A stretch of DNA of 46,716 nucleotides from Methanothrix sp. Lineage in GTDB: Archaea > Halobacteriota > Methanosarcinia > Methanotrichales > Methanotrichaceae. The stretch spans positions 1 through 46,716 of the forward strand of contig JAXGJB010000017.1 of assembly GCA_040770465.1 (NCBI GenBank), given 5' to 3'. The notes under the pieces are model-generated. The model made no database searches. It worked only from the letters and a program-made list of their open reading frames with translations, and had not been told where the DNA came from. Positions within the stretch are counted from its first letter, which is position 1; the number at the start of each line of letters is the position of its first letter. Position numbers and translations under genes: made by a program. Positions 9,799-18,511 of the stretch are shown one piece after another.

Positions 9799-10881
9799 AT
9801 GATATCAAAAATGAAGTTTGAAAGGGCGCCAGCCCCTGGTGCGAAGAGGGTCAGATCCCAAAAGGCAAAGGTCGTAGTATTGCTCACGCTCCTCTTTTCC
9901 CTCCTACCCCTATGCCAAACGGTGGATGGGGAGGATCTATCCGTCCGCGACTGGCTGGAGATGGGAAACGCCCAGGCCAACCGGGGCGAGTACGAGGAGG
10001 CCATCGCCAGCTACGACCGGGCCATCGCCCTCGACGCTTACATCCCCGACCTCTGGTACAACAAGGGCCTCGCCACAAGCAGCCTGGGAAGATACGAGGA
10101 TGCCCTATACTGCTACCATCGGGCGTCAAACCTGGAGCCCTTCGACCCCGAGATCTGGCTTGCCAGGGGTGCCGCCCTCTCAAGTCTGGGCAGGTACGAG
10201 GAGGCCCTCGATAGTTACGATAGGGCGGTGCAGTTCGACTCCGAGAACGCAGACGCCTGGAACAATCGAGGTACCGTCCTCGCCAGGCTTGGCCGGTATG
10301 AGGATGCCCTCGACAGCTACGATCGCGCGGTGGAGCTCGAACCAGAGGATGCCGACGCCTGGAAGAACAGAGGCACCGTCCTTGCCAGGCTCAGCCGTCA
10401 CCAGGAGGCTCTGGACTCTTACGACCGAACGATCGAACTCTGGCCGGAGGATGCCGACGCCTGGAACAACCGGGGTTCCGCCCTTCAACAGCTCGGCAGA
10501 TATCAAGATGCACTGGACAGCTACAACCGGGCCATAAGCATAGATCCCTTCCACGAGTACGCCTGGCACAACAAGGGGCTTTTAGTCCCCACCCTCGACG
10601 ACGATACCGAAGAGGCCTTCGCCCTATCGAGAGATAGGATCTACGTCGAGGCTGAAACAGAGACCGCGCCCCTCGTCGCGGATGAGAACTCCGCCTTCAG
10701 AGATGAAAAGGAGAACGAGAAGCTTCCGGGCTGGAGGGTCCTTCTGGTGATGGCGGCGATCCTGGCGGCAGGACTTCTCCTGAACTTGGGGGGGAAGGGG
10801 AGGGCCTTATTTCCGAAGATTCTCCAGTCATCCCTCAGCAGGCTCGTTATATTCGGTGATCGATCCCTCAAAAGGCGTTGA
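9799..10881 (+). CDS. Exported TPR-repeat protein with PGF-CTERM-like C-terminal anchor (start uncertain: 9742, 9799 or 9811)
   Basis: Hydrophobic signal VVVLLTLLFSLLPLC; about 7 AWNNRG..LGRYEDALDSYDRA TPRs; KLPGW followed by a TM helix and basic residues. Confidence 0.85.
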   Translation: MISKMKFERAPAPGAKRVRSQKAKVVVLLTLLFSLLPLCQTVDGEDLSVRDWLEMGNAQANRGEYEEAIASYDRAIALDAYIPDLWYNKGLATSSLGRYEDALYCYHRASNLEPFDPEIWLARGAALSSLGRYEEALDSYDRAVQFDSENADAWNNRGTVLARLGRYEDALDSYDRAVELEPEDADAWKNRGTVLARLSRHQEALDSYDRTIELWPEDADAWNNRGSALQQLGRYQDALDSYNRAISIDPFHEYAWHNKGLLVPTLDDDTEEAFALSRDRIYVEAETETAPLVADENSAFRDEKENEKLPGWRVLLVMAAILAAGLLLNLGGKGRALFPKILQSSLSRLVIFGDRSLKRR

Positions 10882-11864
10882 TTATGAGAACTATCCTCCG
10901 AACTATCCTCATCTTGACCCTCGTCGCGGCCTTCGCCTCGGCAGCCCCCGACGAGGCTGATGGGACGGTGGTCGCCGTCATCAGCGGCGACGTCTTTGAG
11001 ATCGCCATCCTCCATGCAGATCCTCGAATCGGATCTGGGGTGGAGACGGTCAGACTGGCAGACTTGAAGCTTCCGCCTGCCGAATCGGCTGAAGGGGAGG
11101 CGGCAAGAGAGTTTGCTCGATCCCTCCTTTCGAACAGGACCGTCTCCCTGGACATCGACAACGATAGCGAAGACGGCCGAGATCACCTGGGAAGGCTCCT
11201 CTCTGTCGTCTACCTGGTGGACCCCGATGGTGGTGTCAATACCACCCACCCCGTGAACAGGATCCTGGTGGATTCGGGGTTCGCCGAGGTCGACGACTCT
11301 GAGGGCGACGAGTTCGATCCCGCCGACTGGTGGGCCTCCGATGGTCAGCTCTCGGAAGACGGTGATATCCGAGTGGTGATAAACGAGGTGGAGTCAAATC
11401 CCGAAGGAGGCGACGAGGATAACGAGTGGCTGGAGCTTTATAACGACGGGGCCGAGGACGCCGTCCTGGGGAACTGGACCCTGACCACGGCCGGCGGGTC
11501 GGAAGTATCCATCGAGCCGGGGACGATCCTTCCATCGTGGGGATTCCTGGTGGTGAGGGCCGACGGGTACTGGCTCCGAAACAGCGATGAGCTGGTGATC
11601 CTCAGAGACGAAACGGGCGCGGAGGTGGACAGAACCCCAGCCCTGGACGACGGTGAGAACGACGACAAGAGCTGGTCCAGATATCCCGACGGCGGGGATG
11701 ATTGGGCCTTCGTTGAGGCGAGCCCGGACGGACCCACGCCCCCGCTGGAGGACTCGGAGACCGCCACTTACCTGGATGATGAGGATGAAGATGACAACTG
11801 GCTCCGATGGTCCGACCAATGCGACGCTTTCGGCCCGTGGGACGTCTCCGACTTCCTACAGTAG
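10878..11864 (+). CDS. Secreted thermonuclease(SNase)-like plus lamin-tail-domain protein
   Basis: Signal peptide; VVAVISGDVF..VRLA..DHLGRLL..VNRILVDSGFA SNase fold; VVINEVESNP..EWLELYN..LGNWTL..LRNSDE LTD motif. Confidence 0.8.
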   Translation: MIMRTILRTILILTLVAAFASAAPDEADGTVVAVISGDVFEIAILHADPRIGSGVETVRLADLKLPPAESAEGEAAREFARSLLSNRTVSLDIDNDSEDGRDHLGRLLSVVYLVDPDGGVNTTHPVNRILVDSGFAEVDDSEGDEFDPADWWASDGQLSEDGDIRVVINEVESNPEGGDEDNEWLELYNDGAEDAVLGNWTLTTAGGSEVSIEPGTILPSWGFLVVRADGYWLRNSDELVILRDETGAEVDRTPALDDGENDDKSWSRYPDGGDDWAFVEASPDGPTPPLEDSETATYLDDEDEDDNWLRWSDQCDAFGPWDVSDFLQ

Positions 11865-11909
11865 GAGATCTGAAGACGCTCGTACTCTGGGAGAGCCTCT
11901 GATCCGGTC

Positions 11910-12635
11910 CTACTCCAGCTCCCTCGCCCTCTCCAGCGCCTTCTCGGCCTCCTCGTCTCTATCGAGGGATTTGAGGGCCAGAGCCATGTTCCGCCAGGCG
12001 GTGGTGTACTCCGGGTAGATCTCCACCGCCTTCGCGAAGCACTCCACCGCCTCCTCGGGCCTCTTCAGGGCGATGAGACATACCCCCTTGTTGTTCCAGG
12101 TGTAGAAGTCGAAGGGGTCAATAAGCGTCGATTCGTCGTAGCATTCGAGGGCCTCCTGGTGAAGGCCCAGGTTGTCGAGGGCCGCGCCCTTGTTGTTCCA
12201 GGCCCTCCCCGCCCGCAACCCCAGGGGCCCCATCTCTATGGCCCGGTCGTAAGAGTCGGCGGCATCCTGGAACCTTCCGATGGTGTGGTAGGCGTAGCCC
12301 TTGACGATCCAGGATCTCGCATCTGAGGGATCTATCTCCAGGGCCCTGTCGGCGGACTTTAGGGCCTCTTCGGGGCGGTTCAGCTCGTTCAAGACGATCG
12401 CACGCCCCCGCCAGCTTCGAGGATGATCGGGATTCAAATCCAGAGCCGCCTCGTAAGATTCCAACGCCTCTTGGTAGCGAAGCGTCTTCCGGAGAGCCTC
12501 GCCAAGGAGGTACCGGGCCTCGACGAAAAGGGGGTCGATCTCGATCGCCCTCTCAAGAGACGCGGCAGCCTCCTCAAATTTGCCCGAGCTGTAGAAGGCA
12601 GCACCCTCCTTGTACCAATCGTCCGGATCTAACAT
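11910..12635 (-). CDS. Tetratricopeptide repeat protein
   Basis: About 7 TPR units (WNNKG.AL..LG..EAL..YD). Confidence 0.9.
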   Translation of the reverse strand: MLDPDDWYKEGAAFYSSGKFEEAAASLERAIEIDPLFVEARYLLGEALRKTLRYQEALESYEAALDLNPDHPRSWRGRAIVLNELNRPEEALKSADRALEIDPSDARSWIVKGYAYHTIGRFQDAADSYDRAIEMGPLGLRAGRAWNNKGAALDNLGLHQEALECYDESTLIDPFDFYTWNNKGVCLIALKRPEEAVECFAKAVEIYPEYTTAWRNMALALKSLDRDEEAEKALERARELE

Positions 12636-12720
12636 GTGGTCACCGCCCCGATCGAAAAACAGCCAAAATATGGCTCCGCCATAGGGCGGGCTTTTGGGCC
12701 CGGTGATTGTTAAGCCTTTT

Positions 12721-13473
12721 CTAATTCAATCCGCAACCAAAACGATGCCAAAGGGGAGGAGAGAGTTCGATCATCTTCTGAGTTACATATTCCGAGATTC
12801 GGTTTGCAACATCACGGAGATCCAGAAGCGTCTCCTGGGCCCTTCCTGCAATGATCTTCACCAGCTCTTCGTCGCGAAGGCCGGTCCCTTCAAAAAGATC
12901 CCTCAAATGGGAGATCGAACCGGTGAGATAATCGAGGCTGAAGAACTTGAAGTAAAGGGCTGCAACGCACAATATCAGAAAGATCGCCAATAACCTTCGT
13001 TTCATACCTCTCTTCTTCCCCTTCCCACCTCCATCCGACCCCTCGACTGCCACCCTCTGTCGGACGCCCCTCTTTTCGGCGACGTTCCTCCTGAGCCTCT
13101 CTATCTCCCCCGGACCCCACAGCCTCACCCCGCGCCGTTCGGCCAGGTCCGCTGCAGACCTCGAAAATCCGGAAGAGGGCGAGACTATCACGCAGATGCT
13201 TCCAGGATACCTCTCCCGGGCTTTTGCGATCCCCTCGACCTCGGCATCGTCGATGGGGGCTTCCGATCTCCTGGAGCGGATGAGGTAGGCGACCTTGTGG
13301 CCCACCTCATCGGTTTTGGCGGCGATAATCTCCGATCCTCCGTCGTCAGATCTCGATATCTTGACGACATCGTAGCCGTTCAGCTCGATGAGATCGGAGA
13401 GGTCCTCCTCAAAACCGTCCCTTGACCCCGGCGGACTCAACCCTCTGGCCCCCGTTTCATCTTCAACCCCCAA
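12721..13473 (-). CDS. Mrr-like restriction endonuclease domain protein with C-terminal TM helix
   Basis: FEE.L..L....GY.V....S.DGG.(E)IIA...SGFS..A..LA....V.LW matches the Mrr_cat pattern; KRRLLAIFLILCVAALYF TM segment. Confidence 0.7.
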   Translation of the reverse strand: MGVEDETGARGLSPPGSRDGFEEDLSDLIELNGYDVVKISRSDDGGSEIIAAKTDEVGHKVAYLIRSRRSEAPIDDAEVEGIAKARERYPGSICVIVSPSSGFSRSAADLAERRGVRLWGPGEIERLRRNVAEKRGVRQRVAVEGSDGGGKGKKRGMKRRLLAIFLILCVAALYFKFFSLDYLTGSISHLRDLFEGTGLRDEELVKIIAGRAQETLLDLRDVANRISEYVTQKMIELSPPLWHRFGCGLN

Positions 13474-13758
13474 TATGAAGCTGTATTGAGATTATTTGAC
13501 CTTTTCCCGCGGTTCAGTCAGCGAAGGGAGATCTATTGAGCCCCAAATAGGCCGCGAGACAAATAGCTTATATATTATGATATTCAATGGTTATTTATAG
13601 TTGGGCAAAGTCCGGCCTGGGCCCTTCAGCCGCCCTCGGGTCATCTGACGCCGCAACGATCCATTGGTCGGCCGGAGGGAAGAGCCCAATTACGGCAAGA
13701 TATATATTGCCGGGCCGCAATGCGCTGTCCGCATGTACTCGGACGGTGGTGATGTTAT

Positions 13759-14085
13759 ATGAGTTCGATGCAATCTGAGATCGCCAGCCGTCTTGTCCAG
13801 TTCCTGGACCTGGACACGGATGGGAGAAGGCGTTTCGTTCTGGGAGTCATCCTGGAAGCGGGCGAAATCACTGTAAGCTCTCTATACAAGGCGGTCAAAG
13901 AGCAGTTCGAGACCTCGCGCAAAGTAGTGGCATCGCTGTTGGGCTACATCTGTTCGAAGCTTGGAATCCTCAGCGCGCACAAGAAATCCTACCGTTTGCC
14001 AACGGTTTACGTACTTAAAGAGGAGTACGCAGACCTGGTAAGATCCGTGCTCAGCGCCACCGCCGCCGCACCCAGCGATTCATGA
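13759..14085 (+). CDS. DUF2551-like winged-helix protein
   Basis: RL..FL..D.DG.RR..L...VASLLGYICSKLGIL..K......Y.LKEEY pattern typical of this methanogen family. Confidence 0.75.
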   Translation: MSSMQSEIASRLVQFLDLDTDGRRRFVLGVILEAGEITVSSLYKAVKEQFETSRKVVASLLGYICSKLGILSAHKKSYRLPTVYVLKEEYADLVRSVLSATAAAPSDS

Positions 14086-14483
14086 CCCACGTCAAGAGCG
14101 CTCCGAGAACCGCGACCACCCTGAAGATCAGATCCAAATCGGAATACTGGATCAGCCGATCAAAAGACCCCTACCTTGAGCTGATGCTTCGCCTCTTCCA
14201 GGACGAAAAGACGGCGCGGCGTGGAAGAGATTTTCTGAACATGGTGGAGGAGAGCCAGGAGAAGGGGGAACCCCTGAAGACCAGGGACTGGAAACGGATA
14301 ATGGAAGATCTGGACGTCTCCAGGTCGGCCTTCTATTTCATGAGGAACAAACTTCTGGGAGCAGGGCTCATCGCCGTCAGGGCCGGGGAATACAGGCTCT
14401 CCGGAATGTTCAGCCGCGACCTCGCCGACATGTCCCGATGGTGGTGGACGGCGGTCATGAGAAACGACCCCGAAGCGCTGTAG
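14082..14483 (+). CDS. Conserved hypothetical (winged-helix-like) protein
   Basis: ATGA overlap with the upstream gene; LDVSRSAFYFMRNKLLGAGLI helix-turn-helix-like segment. Confidence 0.75.
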   Translation: MTHVKSAPRTATTLKIRSKSEYWISRSKDPYLELMLRLFQDEKTARRGRDFLNMVEESQEKGEPLKTRDWKRIMEDLDVSRSAFYFMRNKLLGAGLIAVRAGEYRLSGMFSRDLADMSRWWWTAVMRNDPEAL

Positions 14484-14552
14484 AATTTTAGATTCCATTT
14501 TTGGATGCCTATCGAAGCGGACCGTCAGGGCACAGGTCAGATCCCCCACCCG

Positions 14553-15050
14553 CTACAGGGCGCAGGTGAGATCCTCCATCCTCTTCTCTATGGTCGTTAC
14601 GATCCTGTCGTTTTCCATGTACTCCAGGCCGGCTCCGCAGAAGGGACATATGAAGTTGTTCTCGCTCGCCTCGTCGAAGACGAACCTGGCGCACCCGCCG
14701 ACGCACGCGTAAAATATGTTGTTCTTCTCGTAGCTTAGCCGCTCATCAAGCTTTCTCAAAAGCTTTCTGACCTCCGACTCCAGGGCCCGATCGAGGTTGT
14801 CGACACATAATATCCAGAGGTAGGTCAGCCAGCCGCTTTCCGGATCCCTCTCCCTCCTGTACTTGGCAAGCCGGTGCTCATAGAGGAGGTAAAGCGTCCT
14901 CCGGACGGTGTTGAGGCTGATCCCCGTGATCTCCGCGACGTATTCGTCTGTGACCTCATCAGCGGGCATGCAGTCGACGATCTGGAGACCCTCGTCTCCA
15001 ACGAGCTTTCTCAGGTATGCGCGATATATGGGATCCTCAATTAAAACCAA
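14553..15050 (-). CDS. tfe: Transcription factor E (TFIIE-alpha homolog)
   Basis: TDEYVAEITGISLNTVRRTLYLLYE..RDPESGWLTYLW winged helix and C..C..CPFCG zinc ribbon. Probable TTG start at 15050 after GAGGTG. Confidence 0.93.
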   Translation of the reverse strand: MVLIEDPIYRAYLRKLVGDEGLQIVDCMPADEVTDEYVAEITGISLNTVRRTLYLLYEHRLAKYRRERDPESGWLTYLWILCVDNLDRALESEVRKLLRKLDERLSYEKNNIFYACVGGCARFVFDEASENNFICPFCGAGLEYMENDRIVTTIEKRMEDLTCAL

Positions 15051-15272
15051 CCGACCACCTCTCAATCCTCCCATCGGGAGGGTTGCAGTCATCGCAGAAT
15101 TTCGCCACCATACTTTTCTTTATCGCGTTATATATGCACCCATCGCTTATAGCGATTTCCCTGGCCGGCTGTTGCCGGTTCTAAAAGATCGTCCCGGAAC
15201 TATGACGAAGTCGGCAGCGCCTGGAGAGAAAGACGGGGATGGAAAGAAAGACGGGGATCAGGAGGAGAAGGA

Positions 15273-16604
15273 TCAGGAGGGCTCCCTTCTCCCCGCCCGG
15301 ATCCTCTCGACGAACCGCTCCTTCTTGGCGATGGCCCTCTCGGCGGCCCTGTCCACCTTATCCCTCATCTCGACGAAGTCCCGCTCCGGACCCGCATCCA
15401 CCGCCTTCTTTATGGGGGTGTATGCCGACTCCCGGAACCGGGGCTCAAAGTCTTTTATCCCGTCTGGCGAATGAAGCTCGACCCCACGACCAGCCTCGAC
15501 CCTTCCGATCCGGTCGATCTCGACGCCTGTGCTTCTGACGATCCTCATGATCTCTTCGGCGGAATCGGGGGGCGCGATTATCAGGAGGGCGTCTATCGAG
15601 ACCCCCAGGTAGTCGATCTTGAGAGCCTCCAGCATCTCGAATACCTTCGGGTTCACAAGCCTCGCCATCCTCTCCTCCTCGAAGATGAGCTTCACCCCGG
15701 CGGTCTTCGAGATCTCCTTGGCGTCGCCCCTGATCCCGCCGTTGGTGACGTCGGTCATGGCGTGGATATCGACATCGACGTCCAGAAGGGCTGAAGCCGC
15801 TTCGAGGAACTTGACGTTGATCGTCTCGTCGACTACGTCGTGGCGGCCGTAGTAGAGAGCGGCGGAGCAGACCGTCCCGCCGCCTGCCCCCTCGGTCATG
15901 AGGATGACGTCTCCGGGGGCGGCGTCCTTCCTCGGCGATAGCCGATCCGAAACCCCCACCGCCCCGACGCAGCCGGTGAGCCGGTTTCCTATCACCATGT
16001 CCCCTCCGATCCGCAGGGTAGACCCGGTTATGAGGGGAACATTCGTCAGCTCTCCGACGGCCGCGATCCCCGCCAGGTGGTCGAAGAGGCGGCTTACGTC
16101 CCCGTCGTCGGCCAAGTGAATGTCTGAGAACATGGCAACGGGCCGAGCCCTCATCACCAGTATGTCACGAAGAGTGGCCCTTGTGACGTGAAAGCCGGCG
16201 AGAAATGGATAGTCGCTGAGCCGGGAGTGCATCCCGTCGACGGTGAGGACGATGTACCTGCCGCCGGCCTCGACGGCCCCCGAGTCGTCCAGCTGCCGGG
16301 AGTCGACGACGGCGTCCGTCTCCCCGATCACCTCGGCGATCTTCTCGTGGGCGTAAAAGTCGCCCAGACCCCTCGACCCGACGCCGAACTCGCCCATGGT
16401 GACCCCGGAGTCCGAAAGCTCGAAGACGTCGCCTTTCGGGTCCAAAGTCGCCCTCGCCTCCTCCAGGACGGCTTCGGCGAGCTTCTCGGCGTAGGACCTT
16501 GTGATCCGGTCTCCCTTCACCTCGACGATCAGGTCGGCGAGCTTCTCTCCGAGGTCGGGATCGTCTCTCGCAAGGCCCCTCTTGGCAAAACCCTCCAGAT
16601 CCAT
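15273..16604 (-). CDS. AIR synthase-related (PurM/HypE/ThiL superfamily) protein
   Basis: LDDSG, VDGMHSRLS, TLRD, AMTDVTNGGIRGD motifs of the methanogen AIR-synthase-related family. Confidence 0.85.
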   Translation of the reverse strand: MDLEGFAKRGLARDDPDLGEKLADLIVEVKGDRITRSYAEKLAEAVLEEARATLDPKGDVFELSDSGVTMGEFGVGSRGLGDFYAHEKIAEVIGETDAVVDSRQLDDSGAVEAGGRYIVLTVDGMHSRLSDYPFLAGFHVTRATLRDILVMRARPVAMFSDIHLADDGDVSRLFDHLAGIAAVGELTNVPLITGSTLRIGGDMVIGNRLTGCVGAVGVSDRLSPRKDAAPGDVILMTEGAGGGTVCSAALYYGRHDVVDETINVKFLEAASALLDVDVDIHAMTDVTNGGIRGDAKEISKTAGVKLIFEEERMARLVNPKVFEMLEALKIDYLGVSIDALLIIAPPDSAEEIMRIVRSTGVEIDRIGRVEAGRGVELHSPDGIKDFEPRFRESAYTPIKKAVDAGPERDFVEMRDKVDRAAERAIAKKERFVERIRAGRREPS

Positions 16605-16639
16605 GGGATGAGGGTTTGCGCTCGGGGATAAAAAAAGCT

Positions 16640-18511
16640 CTATCTCCGCCCGAAGATCTTCTCCAGCTGGACCCGCGAAACGGTGACCATGGTGGGCCTC
16701 CCGTGGGGGCAGGTCTTGGGGTTGTCGCAGCTGAACAGCTCTCGGAGGAGGTCGTGCATCTCCTTCCAGGCCATCTCGTGGCCTGCCTTTATCGAGCCCC
16801 GGCAGGCGAGGAGCTTCAGGATCTCGTCTTTTGCCGTCGCCTCCGTCCCGACCTTCCCCAGAGCGAAGAGGTCCCTGAGAACGTCGTGGACCGCCTCGGG
16901 GCTTTCGAGCCGCTGGCCCGTGGCGGGGACGGAACGGACGTGGTAGGCGCGGCCGCCGAAGGGGCGGACGTCAAATCCCATCTCCTCCAGAACCTCCTCC
17001 CACTCCTCCAGCAACACCGTCTCCTTCGGCGAGAACTCCAGGGTGACGGGGACGATCAGCTCCTGGGATATGGTTCCTGAATCGTGCTTTTTCACCAGCA
17101 TCTCGTACCGGATCCGCTCGGCTGCGGCGTGCTGGTCCACCAGGACGAGCCCCTCGGGCCCCTCGGCCACTATGTAGAGGAGGAGCGCCTGGCCCAGAAC
17201 CCTCAGCCCACCGGGGAGCGGTGCGGTCTCAAGGTCCAGCTCGAGCCTCCCCCCTCCGGAGTAGAGGGGGAGGGTCCTCTGGACCTCGGCCCCGGAGGCG
17301 GGCACACACGCCCCATCTTCCGGACTGATAGGCACGGTGAGGGAAGCCGCCCCATCTAAGCCTGCAACCTCTTCGGCCTCGCCCTCCCAATTGGCTGCGA
17401 CACCCACTTCAGCTTCACCCTCTCCATAGCCCCCGTCCGCCGATCCGTCAGCGGCCCCGAGGACCGTCGGCCGGAGGGCTTTCATCTGCTCGGGCCCCGA
17501 CTCCCTCTCCTCGGCCCGTTCGAGGGCGAGTCGGATCGAGTCCGTCAGCATCCCGGCAAGCTCCTCCTCTCTCAGAAACCTCACCTCCGTCTTCGCGGGA
17601 TGGACGTTGACGTCCACCGTGGAGGGGTCGATCGAAAGGGAGATGACGGCGATGGGGTGGCGACCGGTGGGGATGAGGGTCCTGTAAGCCTCGGCGACCG
17701 CCCGGGAGAGGGCTTTTGATTTTACGTACCTTCCGTTGACGTAGATCATGATCCAGTCGGGGCTGGACCGGGTGACGGTCTGCCTTCCCACTGCCCCGGC
17801 GATGGATACGAACTTCGAGTCTGCCTCGATGGGTATGAGGTTTCGGGCGACGTCGCTTCCCAGGATTCGGAGGATGGGGTCGTTCCAGCTCTCGGACCTG
17901 ACCGATTTGAAGAGCGTTTTCTCGCCGGAGAAGAGCTCAAAGGATATGTGGTGGTGGATGACGGCGTAAGTTGTGACGATTTCTGCGATCCTCGCCAGCT
18001 CCGCCCTCCCGCTTTTGAGGTACTTTCTGCGGGCGGGGACGTTCTTGAAGAGGTCCGCCACCTCGATCGTCGTCCCGGCGGGCGCACCCACCTCACCCAC
18101 CTCCACGATCTTGCCGTCCTCGATCCTGACATGGGTCCCGGCGACCCCGACCCCGCCGGACCTCACCTTGGTGACGAGGTCTACGGATCTCGCGACGCTC
18201 GCAATGCTGGAGAGGGCCTCGCCCCGAAATCCCAGGGTCGATATCCTGGCGAGGTCGTCGGCCGCCGAGATCTTGCTTGTGGCGTGCTTCTCGAAGGCGA
18301 GGGTGGAGTCCTCCCGGTCCATGCCGCAGCCGTCGTCGGTGACCCGGATCAGCCTCTTCCCCCCCTCCGCCACCTCCACCAGGATCTTCGTCGCCCCGGC
18401 GTCGATGGAGTTTTCGATCAGTTCCTTGACGACCGAGGCTGGCCTCTCGATCACCTCGCCTGCGGCGATCTTGTTGACGGCGTCCTGATCGAGGAGCTTG
18501 ATTCTGGTCAT
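16640..18511 (-). CDS. mutL: DNA mismatch repair endonuclease MutL
   Basis: IAAGEVIERPASVVKELIENSIDAGA, GFRGEAL, DVNVHP, DQHAAAERIRYE, ACR, CPHGRP. Confidence 0.98.
   Translation of the reverse strand: MTRIKLLDQDAVNKIAAGEVIERPASVVKELIENSIDAGATKILVEVAEGGKRLIRVTDDGCGMDREDSTLAFEKHATSKISAADDLARISTLGFRGEALSSIASVARSVDLVTKVRSGGVGVAGTHVRIEDGKIVEVGEVGAPAGTTIEVADLFKNVPARRKYLKSGRAELARIAEIVTTYAVIHHHISFELFSGEKTLFKSVRSESWNDPILRILGSDVARNLIPIEADSKFVSIAGAVGRQTVTRSSPDWIMIYVNGRYVKSKALSRAVAEAYRTLIPTGRHPIAVISLSIDPSTVDVNVHPAKTEVRFLREEELAGMLTDSIRLALERAEERESGPEQMKALRPTVLGAADGSADGGYGEGEAEVGVAANWEGEAEEVAGLDGAASLTVPISPEDGACVPASGAEVQRTLPLYSGGGRLELDLETAPLPGGLRVLGQALLLYIVAEGPEGLVLVDQHAAAERIRYEMLVKKHDSGTISQELIVPVTLEFSPKETVLLEEWEEVLEEMGFDVRPFGGRAYHVRSVPATGQRLESPEAVHDVLRDLFALGKVGTEATAKDEILKLLACRGSIKAGHEMAWKEMHDLLRELFSCDNPKTCPHGRPTMVTVSRVQLEKIFGRR

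Noticed and set aside
12721-13473. Functional restriction-modification or defence island
   Set aside because: Catalytic motif is degenerate and no methyltransferase or other defence gene is nearby.
14160-14549. 129-aa minus-strand ORF as an independent gene
   Set aside because: Mostly antisense to the 14082..14483 gene; only its first codons (the tfe echo) are notable.
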